A stretch of DNA of 64,000 nucleotides from Geosiphon pyriformis uo1 (lineage: Eukaryota > Fungi > Glomeromycota). Each line of letters opens with the position of its first letter. The stretch's first letter is position 1. Both the position numbers and the translations under genes were made by a program. Below, piece after piece: positions 1 to 13,129 of this stretch. The notes under the pieces are model-generated. The model saw nothing but the letters and a program-made list of their open reading frames with translations. It had not been told where the DNA came from and did not search any database. The DNA is taken from assembly GCA_016748015.1 (NCBI GenBank), contig JAAOMT010000723.1:1-64000 (forward strand). The letters are read 5' to 3'.

Positions 1-1387
1 ATAACATCAAAAAATGTTCTCAAATATCTTTATTAAAATTATTGCTGTTATATTAAACTAGTTGATTTGTAATTTTATTGTTTATTTTAATAACTTGTTA
101 AATAAAACATTGACCCGATAATTAATTTTATATGCAAAAATAGTGTTAAAGTTTTAAATCATTTGACTTTATATTATAAACTGTTTTTTTTGGCTTTAAC
201 AAAACTTTAATGTTTTAATTTATTGTTTAATTTGGTTGGTTGGTTTATTGTTATGTGCTCAAATTACCTGGTTAATTAACTGTAAAAATTTAAGTCTAAA
301 ATTTGATTTTAAAATAAATTTTACAAAAAAGCCGATTTATGTTTTATTTATAACTTGTATTAACAATATGAAAAAAATTTACTAATGCAAATTTATATAA
401 CAATAAACCAGATAAAAACATTAATAAGTAATTAAACTGAATAAAAAACAGTTAATTTATAAATAAATTGTAGTTATTAAAGCAAAAATATTTCAAGCTA
501 TTTTAAACAATTACTCATTAATTTTTGAATTTTTATAAGTTTTTTTTGTTTTTTAAATTATCTTTAAAAGTAATAAATTTCAATTTATTTTTAATCCAAG
601 AGTATTAAGTAATAAAAATAATATATCACCATAAATTTAGTTTTATATTTTTATAATATAAACAATCTTTTGTCAACTCTTCAGATTTAATTTTAGTTGT
701 CAAAATACAACAGATAATTTTCTGATGTGTGTTTTAACATATTTACTCTTAAATTTTTTATTTTTATTATTTATATGTTAAAATATTTTTAATAAATAAT
801 ATGGTCCAATTCAGAGTAAACTAAAACGAAAATTTGGCAAATATTTTAGCTTTTAATAATGTGATTTCTTCGAAATAATTAATTTATATTTTATGCATTC
901 TCATTAAAATAAGAATTTTTCCATGATAAAATTCATTGAACAGTTTCTAAACAATGTTTAATTAAATTGGTGTATTGACACACCAAAAATCTAAGATAAA
1001 ATTTACACCAATGAAAACCAAGGAAATTACTTTAAACTTGTTATTAAAGCCTATCATTGATAAAGTAGAGTGATATACCTTTTCTTGATATTAAGAATTT
1101 TTTTTGAAGGCGGCATTTTGATTGTTATGCAAAAAAAATCTCATTTAAATTAAAATAGCAATAAGACAGTGCCATTTGAGTTCTTAGACAATCTCTACCC
1201 GTTTAATCAATCTGGCTAAAGGGTTGTATGTTTTCAGAACTTTTCCAACATTTCTAATTTCTTCAAGGCCTAGTCTTTTCAGAAATGTGATTAGAGGTTG
1301 AAATCTTTATTTATTAGCAAGACGAACTTCTTCTTTATTCATACAAAATATTCAAGGCTTAATAATCTTTTTGTTTTAGTTGAAATT

Positions 1388-4300
1388 ATGTCTTCAAATT
1401 TATCAACTGAAAACGCAACTTCAATCCTCGACTGACTTGAAGGAACATTGATTGTTATCAAAAAAAATTTGGCCATTTTTCCAGTTATTAAATATTCAAA
1501 AGTTGTTGAATTAGTGAAGAAATATCTTGTGGGCAATCAAAAAACACCTGAAAATTTGCTTAATTGCTTGAATAAGAAAAATCCAAAGCATTTGATAGAC
1601 AATATTTTATTTGGCTTTTCTTTAGAACATGAGATTGGAACTATCCCTAATGTAAAAAAAGCATTTTGGAATATCAAAAAGCAGCAAACGCAAAAGATTC
1701 TCTTGTACAATACAATCTTGCACTTTGTTATGATAATAGAAGAGAAATGACAAAAGATTCTGAAAAAGCAATTGAACTTTATTCAAAAGAAGCAGAGGTG
1801 GAACATTTAAATGCACAATACAATCTTGCAGTTTGTTATTATAATAGAGAAGAGACAACGAGAGATTAAGAAAAAGCATTTGAACTTTATTCAAAAGCAG
1901 CAGAGGCGGGAGATCTAAATGCACAATACAATCTTGCAAATTGTTATTTAAACGGAACGGAAACTACAAAAGATTCTGAAAAAGTATTTGAACTTTATTT
2001 AAAAGCTGCAGAGGCAGGACATTTAAATACACAATACAATTTTGCAGTTTGTTATGATAATGGAGAAAGGACGATGAAAAATTCATAAAAAGCATTTGAA
2101 CTTTATTCAAAAGCAGCAGAGGCAGGAGATTTATTTGGACAAATTGCTCTTAGAGCATATCATCGAAATTGATTAAAAACAACAGAAGATCCGAAATCTG
2201 AGTTCACAAACCAGTATTGAAACGTATTATCAAAAGATATGAGAAATAGTGAAAATTTTAGAAGAAACATTTCAATTCTATCTAAAAACAGCAGAGACAG
2301 AAAATCAAAATGCACAATATAACCTTGGATGGTATTATCAAAATGAATGGAGAACCACAAAAAACCTTCAAAAAGCATTTAAACTCTATTTAAAAGCAGC
2401 GAGAGCAAATAACCTATATTATCAAAATGATTTTCTGAATTAAATTTCCATGACCTTTCTTTAAATGACCAAGACAATCTGGAATATATCATTTTACAAT
2501 TTCAAAATCGAGGCTTTAAATACCGCAATAATTTGAAAGGAAAATTTTTAAATTTTGAAGCCTTCTTTGACCAGGTTTCAAATGAATTCAAGTGTTTTAA
2601 ATGTGACAACTTGGTATAATTATTAATAGATCTCCTATATGTCTATTTTGTGATATTGATAAAAGGGATGATATCTATAAAGTCAGATTGCTGAAATGTT
2701 TAGAATATTATAAAACATCAAAAGATCTGCTTTGGTGTAAATCTTGTAAAAATTTACAATTTGTTAAGATTTGGGAAACATAAAATAGTGGAAGTAATAC
2801 AATTAATCAGTATATTCCATATATACAATGCTCTTCTGAAAACTGCAGAGGCTGCTTAGAATAGATTTCTCCCAATGAAATTGAATTTTTAGATAAGATG
2901 GAAGAGAAAAGATTTGGTATTGTTAAAAATAGTAGTTAAAAGAGAGACAAAATACTATTTTTGAAAAAGAAAAGTCAAAAGTATAAATGAAGTGAGGTTA
3001 CAAAGGTTGCTTTAAAGTATCTCAAAGATAGCCAGAATATAAAATATATTAATTCAGATGAAGTATTTTATTTTAAGAATCTATGTAATTTTTATTACTT
3101 TTTTCTAACACTAAAACTATATTTGTGTAGTTTATTGCACATCATCAAAATACTACTTACAAATACACAGGGTGTCCAAAAGTTTCTGAACAAACTTTGG
3201 AGTAATATTCCACATGCTTGAATAAATAGAAAAGTATGAGTTTATTACGAAATTAAGTTAGTTAATTATTTAATTATGTGTTTTTTATTTTTTAAACACG
3301 CATGTATAATGTTTTTTCATGATATGCATAATCAATTTTATTCATACTTATTTTTTTATAAAAATGAAATATAACGCGCATATAAGATTTTTTCGTTATT
3401 TTTATTAAAATGAAATGGGAGCAAAAAAAGAATTAATGATTGCTCAATGTAATACTATATGCTTATTACAACAGTATGGTAAGAAATATTGTGATATTGC
3501 CAACATAGTCAATTGCAGCTTAAAAACAGTTTCAGATACAATAAAATGATTTAAAGAAACTGGTTCAATTGATTTAAGACCTCGTTCGGGACGTTCATAT
3601 TTATTTACTCACCAAAAATATTGCCGACTTAAATATTTAGTAACACTTAATAGAAAAAATTGTCATTTATGTATTGCAAATATACAAACTCTTTGGAAAC
3701 AAAAAACAAAGTTAACTATTTTTCTTAGAACTCTTTGGCATGCTCTTAAATCGGTTGGATTACGAAATTGTTATACAAGAAGGAAATCTTTAATCTCTCC
3801 AGCAAATATAGCAGCACGTCTTGCTTGGTGTATTAAACATCAAAATTGGACAAATCAAAAATGGGCAAGAGTATTATGGAGTGACAAATCAACTTTCTCT
3901 TAATTTTAACACAATTGGTCTAGTAAAGTATGGCATGAACCATCTCAATCCAATTGAAAATTTATGGGCTATAGTAAAATGTAATATTCATAAAAAAGAA
4001 AAACCACTAACTACTCTTAAAAAACTTGATAAGTATGTTAAAGAAGCTTGGAAAGCTATTCCTAAATCAATGATTATAAATTAGTTGATAGTATGCCTTA
4101 ACGTATTCAAGCAGTAATTATAGCACAAGGAGGACCAACAAAGTATTAAAAGCTTAATAGAAAATTTAGAAAATTACTATAAAATTATAAATATGTTGTT
4201 TATTTTGTTTTATTTTATAAAAAAATAAATATTATTGTTAAATAAAATCTTGTTCAGAAACTTTTAGACACTTTCTGTACATCCTTGAATGCTATGGGAT

Positions 4301-5094
4301 TTCAAAAGACATTATAACCAATAAATATGTTATGGTTTTATCATTTGTGAAACACAGAATTTGAGAGCTTTTCTCAAGTTGAATAAAGATATTTTTATTT
4401 GGGACATGTTTCTTTGTATTCTTTTTCAAATTGCTGGTGGCTTATGATTTATCCATAAATCAAAACTGGTGCATGAGGACTTGCATCCTGGAAATAGCTT
4501 TGTTTTGAAAACAAATCTCTTAAAAGTTGTCATCTTTGATCTTGGACTCTGTCGTTCAGCAAATTACATTCCACAGTCTGGGAAGATTTATGGTGTTCTT
4601 GAATATCTTGTGCCTGAAATTTGCAAGAAGAATTATTATACAAAGTATTGCAATATATACAGCTTTGCTATTATTTCATGTGAAATTATATTGGGAGAAA
4701 AACCTTTAAATAATACATATCCTATTCATGTACGTTTTGATCTGATTGATGGAAAATGCCCTATAATCAAACAATATACTTCTTTATGTATTTGGGAAAT
4801 GATTGAAAAAAATTGGCAATATAATCTGTATTATCATGATACTGCAAAACAATTTTAACAAAGTATTATTGCTGCTTGTGATCATTGTAACTTAAATCAA
4901 CCTATACATGAAAAAATACTTTAACCTGAAAAGACCCAAGATGTTATTTGAGATAAGACAAGTTATAGAAGCCTGTTAATTTCAAAACTGAGATTTTCTA
5001 CAAATGGTAAGTATTTCATTTATTATATTTATTATTTAAAACTTGGCTTTAAACATCTTTTTTAGAGTTGGATTTGGATTTGGGAATTGATTAA
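1388..5094 (+). pseudogene. Sel1-repeat + protein kinase gene, copy 1 (disrupted, interrupted by Tc1)
   Basis: ATG at 1388. In-frame TGA at 1433 where the paralogs have TGG; frameshift near 1667. Sel1 motifs (AQYNLAVCY...KAFELYSKAAE) recur every 108 nt (about 1706, 1814, 1922, 2030). Kinase motifs follow: VALKYLK (about 3005), intron 3063-3130, ILECYGISKD, VHEDLHPGN, DLGLC, GVLEYLVPE, IYSFAII. Many stop codons. Confidence 0.9.
3166..4277 (+). mobile_element. Tc1/mariner DNA transposon, internally deleted and decayed
   Basis: 28-bp imperfect TIRs (cacagggtgtccaaaagtttctgaacaa / ttgttcagaaacttttagacactttctg) and TA duplication at 3164-65 and 4278-79. Transposase relic 3414-4149 (RPRSGR, WSDKS, LNPIENLW, GGPTKY*); the middle of the DDE domain is missing. 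Confidence 0.95.
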
Positions 5095-6289
5095 ATTAGC
5101 AATGATAGATTAATACATTTGCGTCCTAGTTAAACTGATGAAATCCATAAGCACTTTAATAATGGAACAGATGAAAAATTTTAAGAGAGATCAGTTCTTT
5201 ATTTATATTTAGCTTTATAAATAGTATATACTATCATATATAATTTTATTTTTAAAAGAAATTTTATCTTTATTTTCAAATGTGAGGATATTGACTGTAA
5301 AGCGTTTCCTTTTAAAAATTTTATCTATAAACATTTTGATAAAAAATTTGATATATCAGCTAAACTAATAAATTTTGCTTCTGTAAACTTCAATATATAA
5401 ATTTTATTTTTCATATTATTTGTAAACTTATAACATTATGTTTTCACTTATAGAGATTGGTAATTTTATGAATATTCTCATCATTGATCAAATAAATAAT
5501 AATAATTATATGTTGATTTATTCTATTCAAAACAACAAACCAAATTATTTTGAAATAAGACATAAAATAATCAATATTTTGTTCTGATATGGTTCCAAAA
5601 TATTGAGACTTAAAAAATTTCTTTAAAACATAACAAATTACATTGTATTATAATCTAATTGAATTAATTGATTGATTAGTGCCTGCTTTCATATTAAAGT
5701 ATTGTCATGTTAAGATTAATAGAAAAAAAGAATAAATATGTTTTTGTTATATTTTTATAATTCATTAAATCTTATTAATTTTATTTAATTTATTGAAACT
5801 AATTTTCTTCTTTGTAGCAGTCAGATTGAATCGGAATTAAAACACAAAAATAATTGATTCATATATATTTCTTTAATCCATATTATTTTTTTAGTGGCCA
5901 AATTACTTTAATGTTATAATTCTTGCCTTTTTATTAAAATATTTTATTTGTTATTTAAAATATGTTATTTGTTACTAAGAACTATTTGCTTCTTATTTAA
6001 ATATTTTTTGCTTTGTATTTTAACATCTTTCTGTAGATTCAATGAGCACTGAATCAAATTTGGTTTAGGTTTAATTTGGAATTGATTAAATTGAAGTATA
6101 TTTTTACATAGGGTTAACTGTCTTTGATCATGAACAAGAGAATTATTTTGTTGTAAATTTTGGGAGAAATAATCTATAATTCCTAAATTAGAACTTGGTT
6201 ATATTTTGATTTAAATTGGAAAGATCTAAAGATTTAAATATTATCGAATTTTAAATGCATCAACAAATGATATTGAAGCTATTTAAATG

Positions 6290-6635
6290 AGAAGTCTCAT
6301 TAACATTTATGCTAGGAACATTTTGATAGTTTACAGCACTTTGTTATACTAAAAGGTGGAAGGAAACAAAAGACTTTAAGGATTAAGCAAAATCTGGCCA
6401 AAATAAGTCACGATCCTAAAACAAGATGTCAAAATTGTATAGTTTGCAAAAAAAAAATTCACCTAACCACCACTAATATACAATGGGAAATGAAAAAATA
6501 GTGTAGACACGATTTAACAATGTTTACCTGAAAGTATGATGCTATACTTTCCAAACTTTTTACTCCGACAAACATAAAAAAACGTTTAGAGTAGGCTAAA
6601 AATCATAAAAATTTTGACTGGAATTGAGTTGATTA
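6290..6635 (+). mobile_element. Tc1-like transposase N-terminal relic
   Basis: Frameshifted translation TPTNIKKRLE*AKNHKNFDWN*V matches the Tc1 HTH-to-DDE linker. No TIRs found. Confidence 0.6.
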
Positions 6636-7579
6636 GTATCGAAGTATATTTTACACTTTTAAATAAAATTTATTTATTTATTTTACCGTGTATCAAGTTA
6701 TGAAGCATTGGTTACTTTAGCAGCAAACTGTAAATGTTATTTTCCAAAAAATGGACTTTTTAGATCTTAACTAATGTTAAAACCCTCTATTTAGGAAGAA
6801 TTGTATGCTTTTTAAAGTAATATTACATAATCATTCTTTTATGGTTTTTAATTGGTAGGAAACATAAAAACACTTTTCCAGGGAATTTTAGCTAAAGAGT
6901 TTAGAAACAGCTTTGAATGGGATTTTACTTGAAACACATGTGTATTAAGAAACTATGCATAATTTAAAAATGTTAAATTTATAAATTTTATTATCTGTAA
7001 GAAGTGAGCTAATCTTTGAAATTAATAAACATAAACTACAAAAATATCAAAATATTAATACATTTCCTGAGGATGAAAATTTATAACAAAAACATTTTAA
7101 CACAAACAATTAAAATAAATGAATATATGCATATGTCATAGCTATTGCCATTGCCTTGAATTTTTCAAGATTAAAAAGCCACAAGAAATTATAACTTGGA
7201 CTTTGAATAATTTACTCTGAGTATAAGTAAAAACTAATTTTGTTAAAGAAAAAAAATGGCTCAATATGTTTAACAATCTTGAATGTGTTAGAATTGTTCT
7301 AAATATCTATGAAATTTGAAGTCAAGAATATGATAATTAAAAAACAATATGATTTCGAAAGAGAAAGAATAAAGAATATTAATATTGAACAATTCATATA
7401 TCCCATACAACATGGTAGAAAATGCAATAAAAAATTTAGAAAATCCAAAAAAGATTTCTTATTACTGTAGCTTAAATATTTAAATGCATAAACATAGCAT
7501 GCATAGAATTGCAAACTTCAAAATATATAGATGATGTGATTATCAAAAAGTATTAAATTATTAAAATTTATTTCTAAAT

Positions 7580-8220
7580 TTAATAAAAGGTAAAAGAAGA
7601 GTTTTTATGATTATTTGTGATATTTTTTATACATGGGCATAAATTACGAAGATTTTTTTTTAAATTAGAATGAACACATTGAAAATCCTCTTTTGATGTG
7701 GAAGAATGAGGACTCATTGACATTGGGCTTGATATGATTTCTAATAATTGGAAAAAGGAAAAGAATGGCTGGTTGGAGCATGTAAAATAGTCTTTGGATG
7801 GTGACGCCACCAAAGAAATGTGTGGTGTTGACAATGATATGTCCAGTTTATTAGTGATCAATTGAATTGACATTAGATTTCTTGGAGAATTTGAACTGGT
7901 TCTTGATAAGTTGTGAATTTGTAAAGGTGAGGAACGACGTGGATGCTAATATTTTTCAATATCTATAATGATGGTTTAGACTGCTTCTTGTGCTAGCTGA
8001 TAATTTTCATTTGATAATACAACTGTTGAATTATGGAGATTTTTATTGATTTTCTAAACGTGGGTTATTCAGAGCAATTGTGTTCAATACTTATTATTGT
8101 TTTTGAACTCATTGCATTTTCTTAAAGCAAATGCTGAGGTTTTTATTTAGGTAATCTTTTCATAATTGGTGAAGATTAAAAGCCATAGAAGAGGCATTAA
8201 AGGTTCAAACCATTTAATTG
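7580..8220 (-). pseudogene. Decayed Ser/Pro-rich coding relic, family unknown
   Basis: 97-aa ORF 7580-7873 extends upstream through stops (HPRRSSPLQIHNLSRTSSNSPR) and has higher GC than its flanks. No family recognised. Confidence 0.3.
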
Positions 8221-11200
8221 TAACTTTTTTAATAAATTCCAAAATAATAATTTATCAACTTTTGAAAAATTGACATGACAAAAAACACATCTTTGAGTTA
8301 ACAAGCACAAAGTTTTATTTGATCAGTATTTTTAATCGTTTCCAATTCATAAAAAATTTTTACAAAGATGAGGTATTATAGCATTTTCGCTGGATCAATT
8401 TCGTATACATGCTTCTTCCCCACAGAGCATGAGATGAATGATTTCAAGAGAATTTTTAGAATTTGCTAGCTGATTACTAAAATTAAAAATTCTACAAGTA
8501 TCATGTCGACAATAAAATTTGGAGCTGAAATGATCATTATTAAGTGATTGAACATAAAAATTTACAATTAAGAAAATATCTTGTCCCTTATTGCTGAAAA
8601 AATGAAGTTATAACTGATAAAAAATTCTGGAACAGCTCAAGACCATTGGTTAATCATAACGATGATATGAAAATTGTGAAAGATTAATCAAAAGCTTGTT
8701 TCACGGCAAGTAAGTTAACTTGTGACTGTTGGCAAATTATGTTTAGAATAAATTAAAAGAAAAATATGGGTGTAAAATTTGAAAAATCGAAAAACCAGGT
8801 CAAAATGTAAGCTTTATTTTATCAATTTTAACCATTGAAAATCAAAAAAGACGAGACCTTTATACTCTTTGTTTGAGATATTTTCTATTAAAAAGTTTCA
8901 ACAGAATCTGAAAGCAAAGTTCATAAAACAACTAAAGTTTTTGTGTGTTGGAAACCAAAAGAGATTATGGTAAAAACCTATGATTTACATTTCCAAAATT
9001 TCTGAATATTTTAAATTAAGCATATATTTAAAAAATTTTGACCCACTATTCTCATTGTCCAATAAATTTTTGTGATCTAAACACTGCTTATGAACAATTT
9101 TATATTAGGCATTCATTTACTTTAAAGTATTAAGATAGTTATTTAAATGTCTATCAAACAATTTTTAGTTCAGTGTACATTTATATATTAAAACAAGTTT
9201 AATTTTTGTTGTTGAAATAAGCTTTCAGGTTTGAAATTGGACTTTGTCAAAAGTCAGAAATGTTTCACAATGATATGAGAATGTGTTTTGTGGTCTACAA
9301 CTAATATACTGAAAATGAGAGGAAGAAATTCCATAATTTTCTGATGAAAATCAAAGTATTTGAAGAATAGAAACTGTTAGATTTACCTTTAATTGAACTA
9401 TAGTCTTTGTCAGGAATGCAATATTTACAATGAAAACATGATGAAATTTTTTTCTATGATGATAAAAATTCAACAATTAAAAACTTGAATTGAATCAATC
9501 AGTTTCCTTTTGAGATGATTTCTTAAATTGATAAAAAATTAACATTATTCATTTATGCCAGATATTAACTTTCTTTAATTTTGTTTATGTCATTCATAAC
9601 CTCATTAGATGTAAAATTTAAATTTTTAAAGAATTTGTATTAAAACTTTGAATGCATTCTTGGTCCCATTAAAAAAAAAAAGAAAAAGGAAATTTTTTGG
9701 TGTTCAAATTAAACAAGGTTTCCAAATTAACTCAAATAGTGACTAAAATGTAGATCTTTATATATGTTTGATTGTTTATTAACTAAAAATGGAAAACAAA
9801 GAACATAAAATAAATTGCAATAAGTGGTGCAATATTTTAAACAACAATTTTGTTTGTGCTTTACCTAGGGCAATTAATACTAAAACAAATTTTCCCAAAA
9901 AGAATTAGGGATAGGAAATGTTTTTCGGTATAGTTTGCATGACTGCATCCCATTATTATGAGCCAGGGATTTTTATTGGGGTTATAATTGATCCAATTCT
10001 ATTGAATCCTGTAGGAACTGAACAAAGTGTAATTTAATAATTTCCAAAAATGGCGCAATGGAACAATCTATTTTTTAGAGCTCTTGGACCACCATTATTT
10101 GTGAATAAACTTAAATCTTATTTTCACTAACTTTTAAAATTCAAAAGCAACTCATTTAAATTTATAACATAATAAAACAAAGCATTAATTAAGTTGCCAT
10201 TGTAATATACACAAGTAATTAAAAAATATAATAACAAATTGAATTTGAGCTCACATTCAAGAAAACCATAAAAATGTTTCTACATAAATGAAAATAACTC
10301 CATAAATTTGATCTAATTTTTGATAAATAAATATGAAAACCCAAGTGTAAACAAAATATTTCCTTTTTAAATATCTTAATGAGAGCAATTGCCTTGATAT
10401 GGATCTTTTAATTTAGAAATTCTGATTTTCATTCTTGAAATCATTTAGTATTGAGTCAATTGATATCAATGTATTGTCAGTAAATTCTACTAAAAAACAA
10501 TTGCATAGAATTTGCATCATTTTTTTTGATAGTAAAAAAATGAGATAAATAGCTTTAACAATAATAATCATGATGAAATTTAAGACTTTTCTATAAAGAA
10601 TTCATTATTTTTTAAGGAGGCTAAAAGGAAGCTATATAAATTTTCTTTATTTTAATAGAAATTGATAGGTTTTAACAATTTAAATTATTTGAAAAGACTG
10701 CTTAATGAAGTTTTTCTATTCAAATATTTGGATTGATTTATTCATTGATTATTAATACGTGATTTAAAATTTTATATGTATTATTATTTTTTTCTAGTGC
10801 ATGTATATTTTAGAAAAATCTGTCCTTTGTAAAACCTATAGATTAATAAATAATCATAAATCAATAAATGTTCAATTGAATAATCAGATAAAACATGTAT
10901 ATAAGCAGGGAGTTGATTCTCAAAAATTTCATAATCTTATACTTTAACACAGTTTCTAACAATAATCTTAGTTTTATTGGGAGTGATCCTAATATGTCTA
11001 ATATAAACTCTTTCTCACAAAACCATAAATTTTCTATATTATTCAATATTGGCCCAAGTAATAATAAAGAATTTAGCTATAATAGACTAAATGCCACTTT
11101 GTTATCAAACTATGGTGAATACCATGGAAACCAGGCATTTAATCTTTAACAACATTTCAATTATCTTCAAAAAAGTCTAAATTTGGGTGGGAGTATGAAT

Positions 11201-11529
11201 CATTTGTCCCAAATTTTTATTCAATGTTAGTTCTCTGTTTAATTGTTGATTATAGTAAGAGAAAAATGTTATTTGACTTTTAGGTTATAAGTTAAGTGTT
11301 TTAGAAATAATAATAGTATGTAAGAATAAGCTTAGCTTAACTTATCTTCAATATTAAATTAATGACAAATAAAATATTACAAATTTATTAAATTTTTGAC
11401 TATGAAATACACAAAATCAAATGTTCTAATAAATAACATAAAAAACTAATAGGCATTTTCAAATCCGATAAAAGTCAATGTTTTATGAATTGTTGCATGT
11501 TGTCTTTTATTAAACTGGATTCAAAGATA

Positions 11530-12005
11530 AGTTTTTCAAATATACTTGCGTTTGTAGGACCTGAAAATTAAGAACTTACTTTTTCAGACTAAATTACCTG
11601 CTTTTAGTCTTCAATAATCCAATTTTTATGTTTTTGGTGCAAAGGTAATTCATTGTTTTTGATATATAAATTTTTTAGGTAAGGTTTTTTTTAATTCTTA
11701 CTTGTAAACAATTAGGCTACAAACAATCTCAACACTAAAATTAATGCTGTTGTCAATTTCTTTTTTTTTTAATTTCTATTGCTGTTGAATATTCTTGATT
11801 AGAAATAAGATAAACAAATTTTTGTTGATCACATTTAGTTAAAAATCAGGGACGTCCAGATCTATATTTATTTATAAAACTAATAGTTTCATTTTCTAAG
11901 TTTTTTAAACATTTTATCGTAGATTGTGTTAAACCCTTATGAGAAACAATTTTTTGGTAGAATATCCTTCTTTAATAAGGGTATATATTTTTAAGCATTT
12001 TTCTA
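11530..12005 (-). mobile_element. Tc1-like transposase relic
   Basis: Reverse strand reads IYTLIKEGYSTKKIVSHKGLTQSTI...YRSGRP*FLTKCDQQKFV...KHKNWIIED*KQVI*SE. Confidence 0.75.
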
Positions 12006-12129
12006 TAGAAATAGAATTCATAATAATTTTTTTTATGACAAAAAGATTGTTAATTCATTTCTGAGGACTTTCTTCCAGGTTCAATATATATAACCAAAGA
12101 AAAAATTCTTCTCTTAAATCATTTATATT

Positions 12130-12320
12130 TTTATGTATAACATATAGTTTTGGAATTTTTATCCTATTTTTTAGTTTTGCATCTCAACTTTTAATCACAA
12201 ATCTCTAATTTTTGGTATGTTCCAATTGTTTGAGTTTCTCTGATACGTTATAGTTTTTGATATCAATAGGCTATTTCTCAAAGAACAATTGCAAAAGTAA
12301 ATTAAATTCTTATAATGTTT
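12130..12320 (-). pseudogene. Protein kinase C-lobe fragment
   Basis: Frameshifted IY.FAIVL*EIAY ... KS*DAKLKNRI resembles kinase subdomains IX-XI. Confidence 0.4.
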
Positions 12321-12766
12321 CCAAAAAATCTTATAAATTGCTTAAAAACTCCCTTTTTGATAAAAGATTAATATTTAATAAATTATTATTTGAAATAAAA
12401 ATTTGAAAAATGCAATTAGTAGTTTATTATATTTTTATAAAATATTTCAATAAATTTCTGAAACATTAATATATGAGTTTTCATAATAATTGGTTATGTT
12501 ACAGTTAAAAACTGCTGGGCTTCAAAAACACATTGAATATCTAATGAAAATAAAAATAATTCATAAAGTTACAATATTAAGACACAGGTTTTTAAAAAAG
12601 TCAAATTCTTAATAGAAACAGAAATTTTTCTTGTTATAAATGTTGCAAATCGAGTTAAAATTCATTCACATAATTAAAAAATACTTGTATAATATCATCA
12701 TTCTCTTTGTCCCATGTGGTGGCTGTAATCTCCTTTTCGTTAAATGTAAGCCAAAATCCAACAGCC

Positions 12767-13129
12767 NNNNNNNNNNNNNNNNNNNNNNNNNNNNNNNNNN
12801 NNNNNNNNNNNNNNNNNNNNNNNNNNNNNNNNNNNNNNNNNNNNNNNNNNNNNNNNNNNNNNNNNNNNNNNNNNNNNNNNNNNNNNNNNNNNNNNNNNNN
12901 NNNNNNNNNNNNNNNNNNNNNNNNNNNNNNNNNNNNNNNNNNNNNNNNNNNNNNNNNNNNNNNNNNNNNNNNNNNNNNNNNNNNNNNNNNNNNNNNNNNN
13001 NNNNNNNNNNNNNNNNNNNNNNNNNNNNNNNNNNNNNNNNNNNNNNNNNNNNNNNNNNNNNNNNNNNNNNNNNNNNNNNNNNNNNNNNNNNNNNNNNNNN
13101 NNNNNNNNNNNNNNNNNNNNNNNNNNNNN
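12767..13129. other. Assembly gap
   Basis: Run of N. Confidence 1.

Noticed and set aside
1700-2140. 108-bp periodic repeats as a CRISPR-like array
   Set aside because: They are in-frame 36-aa Sel1 repeats with no unique spacers.
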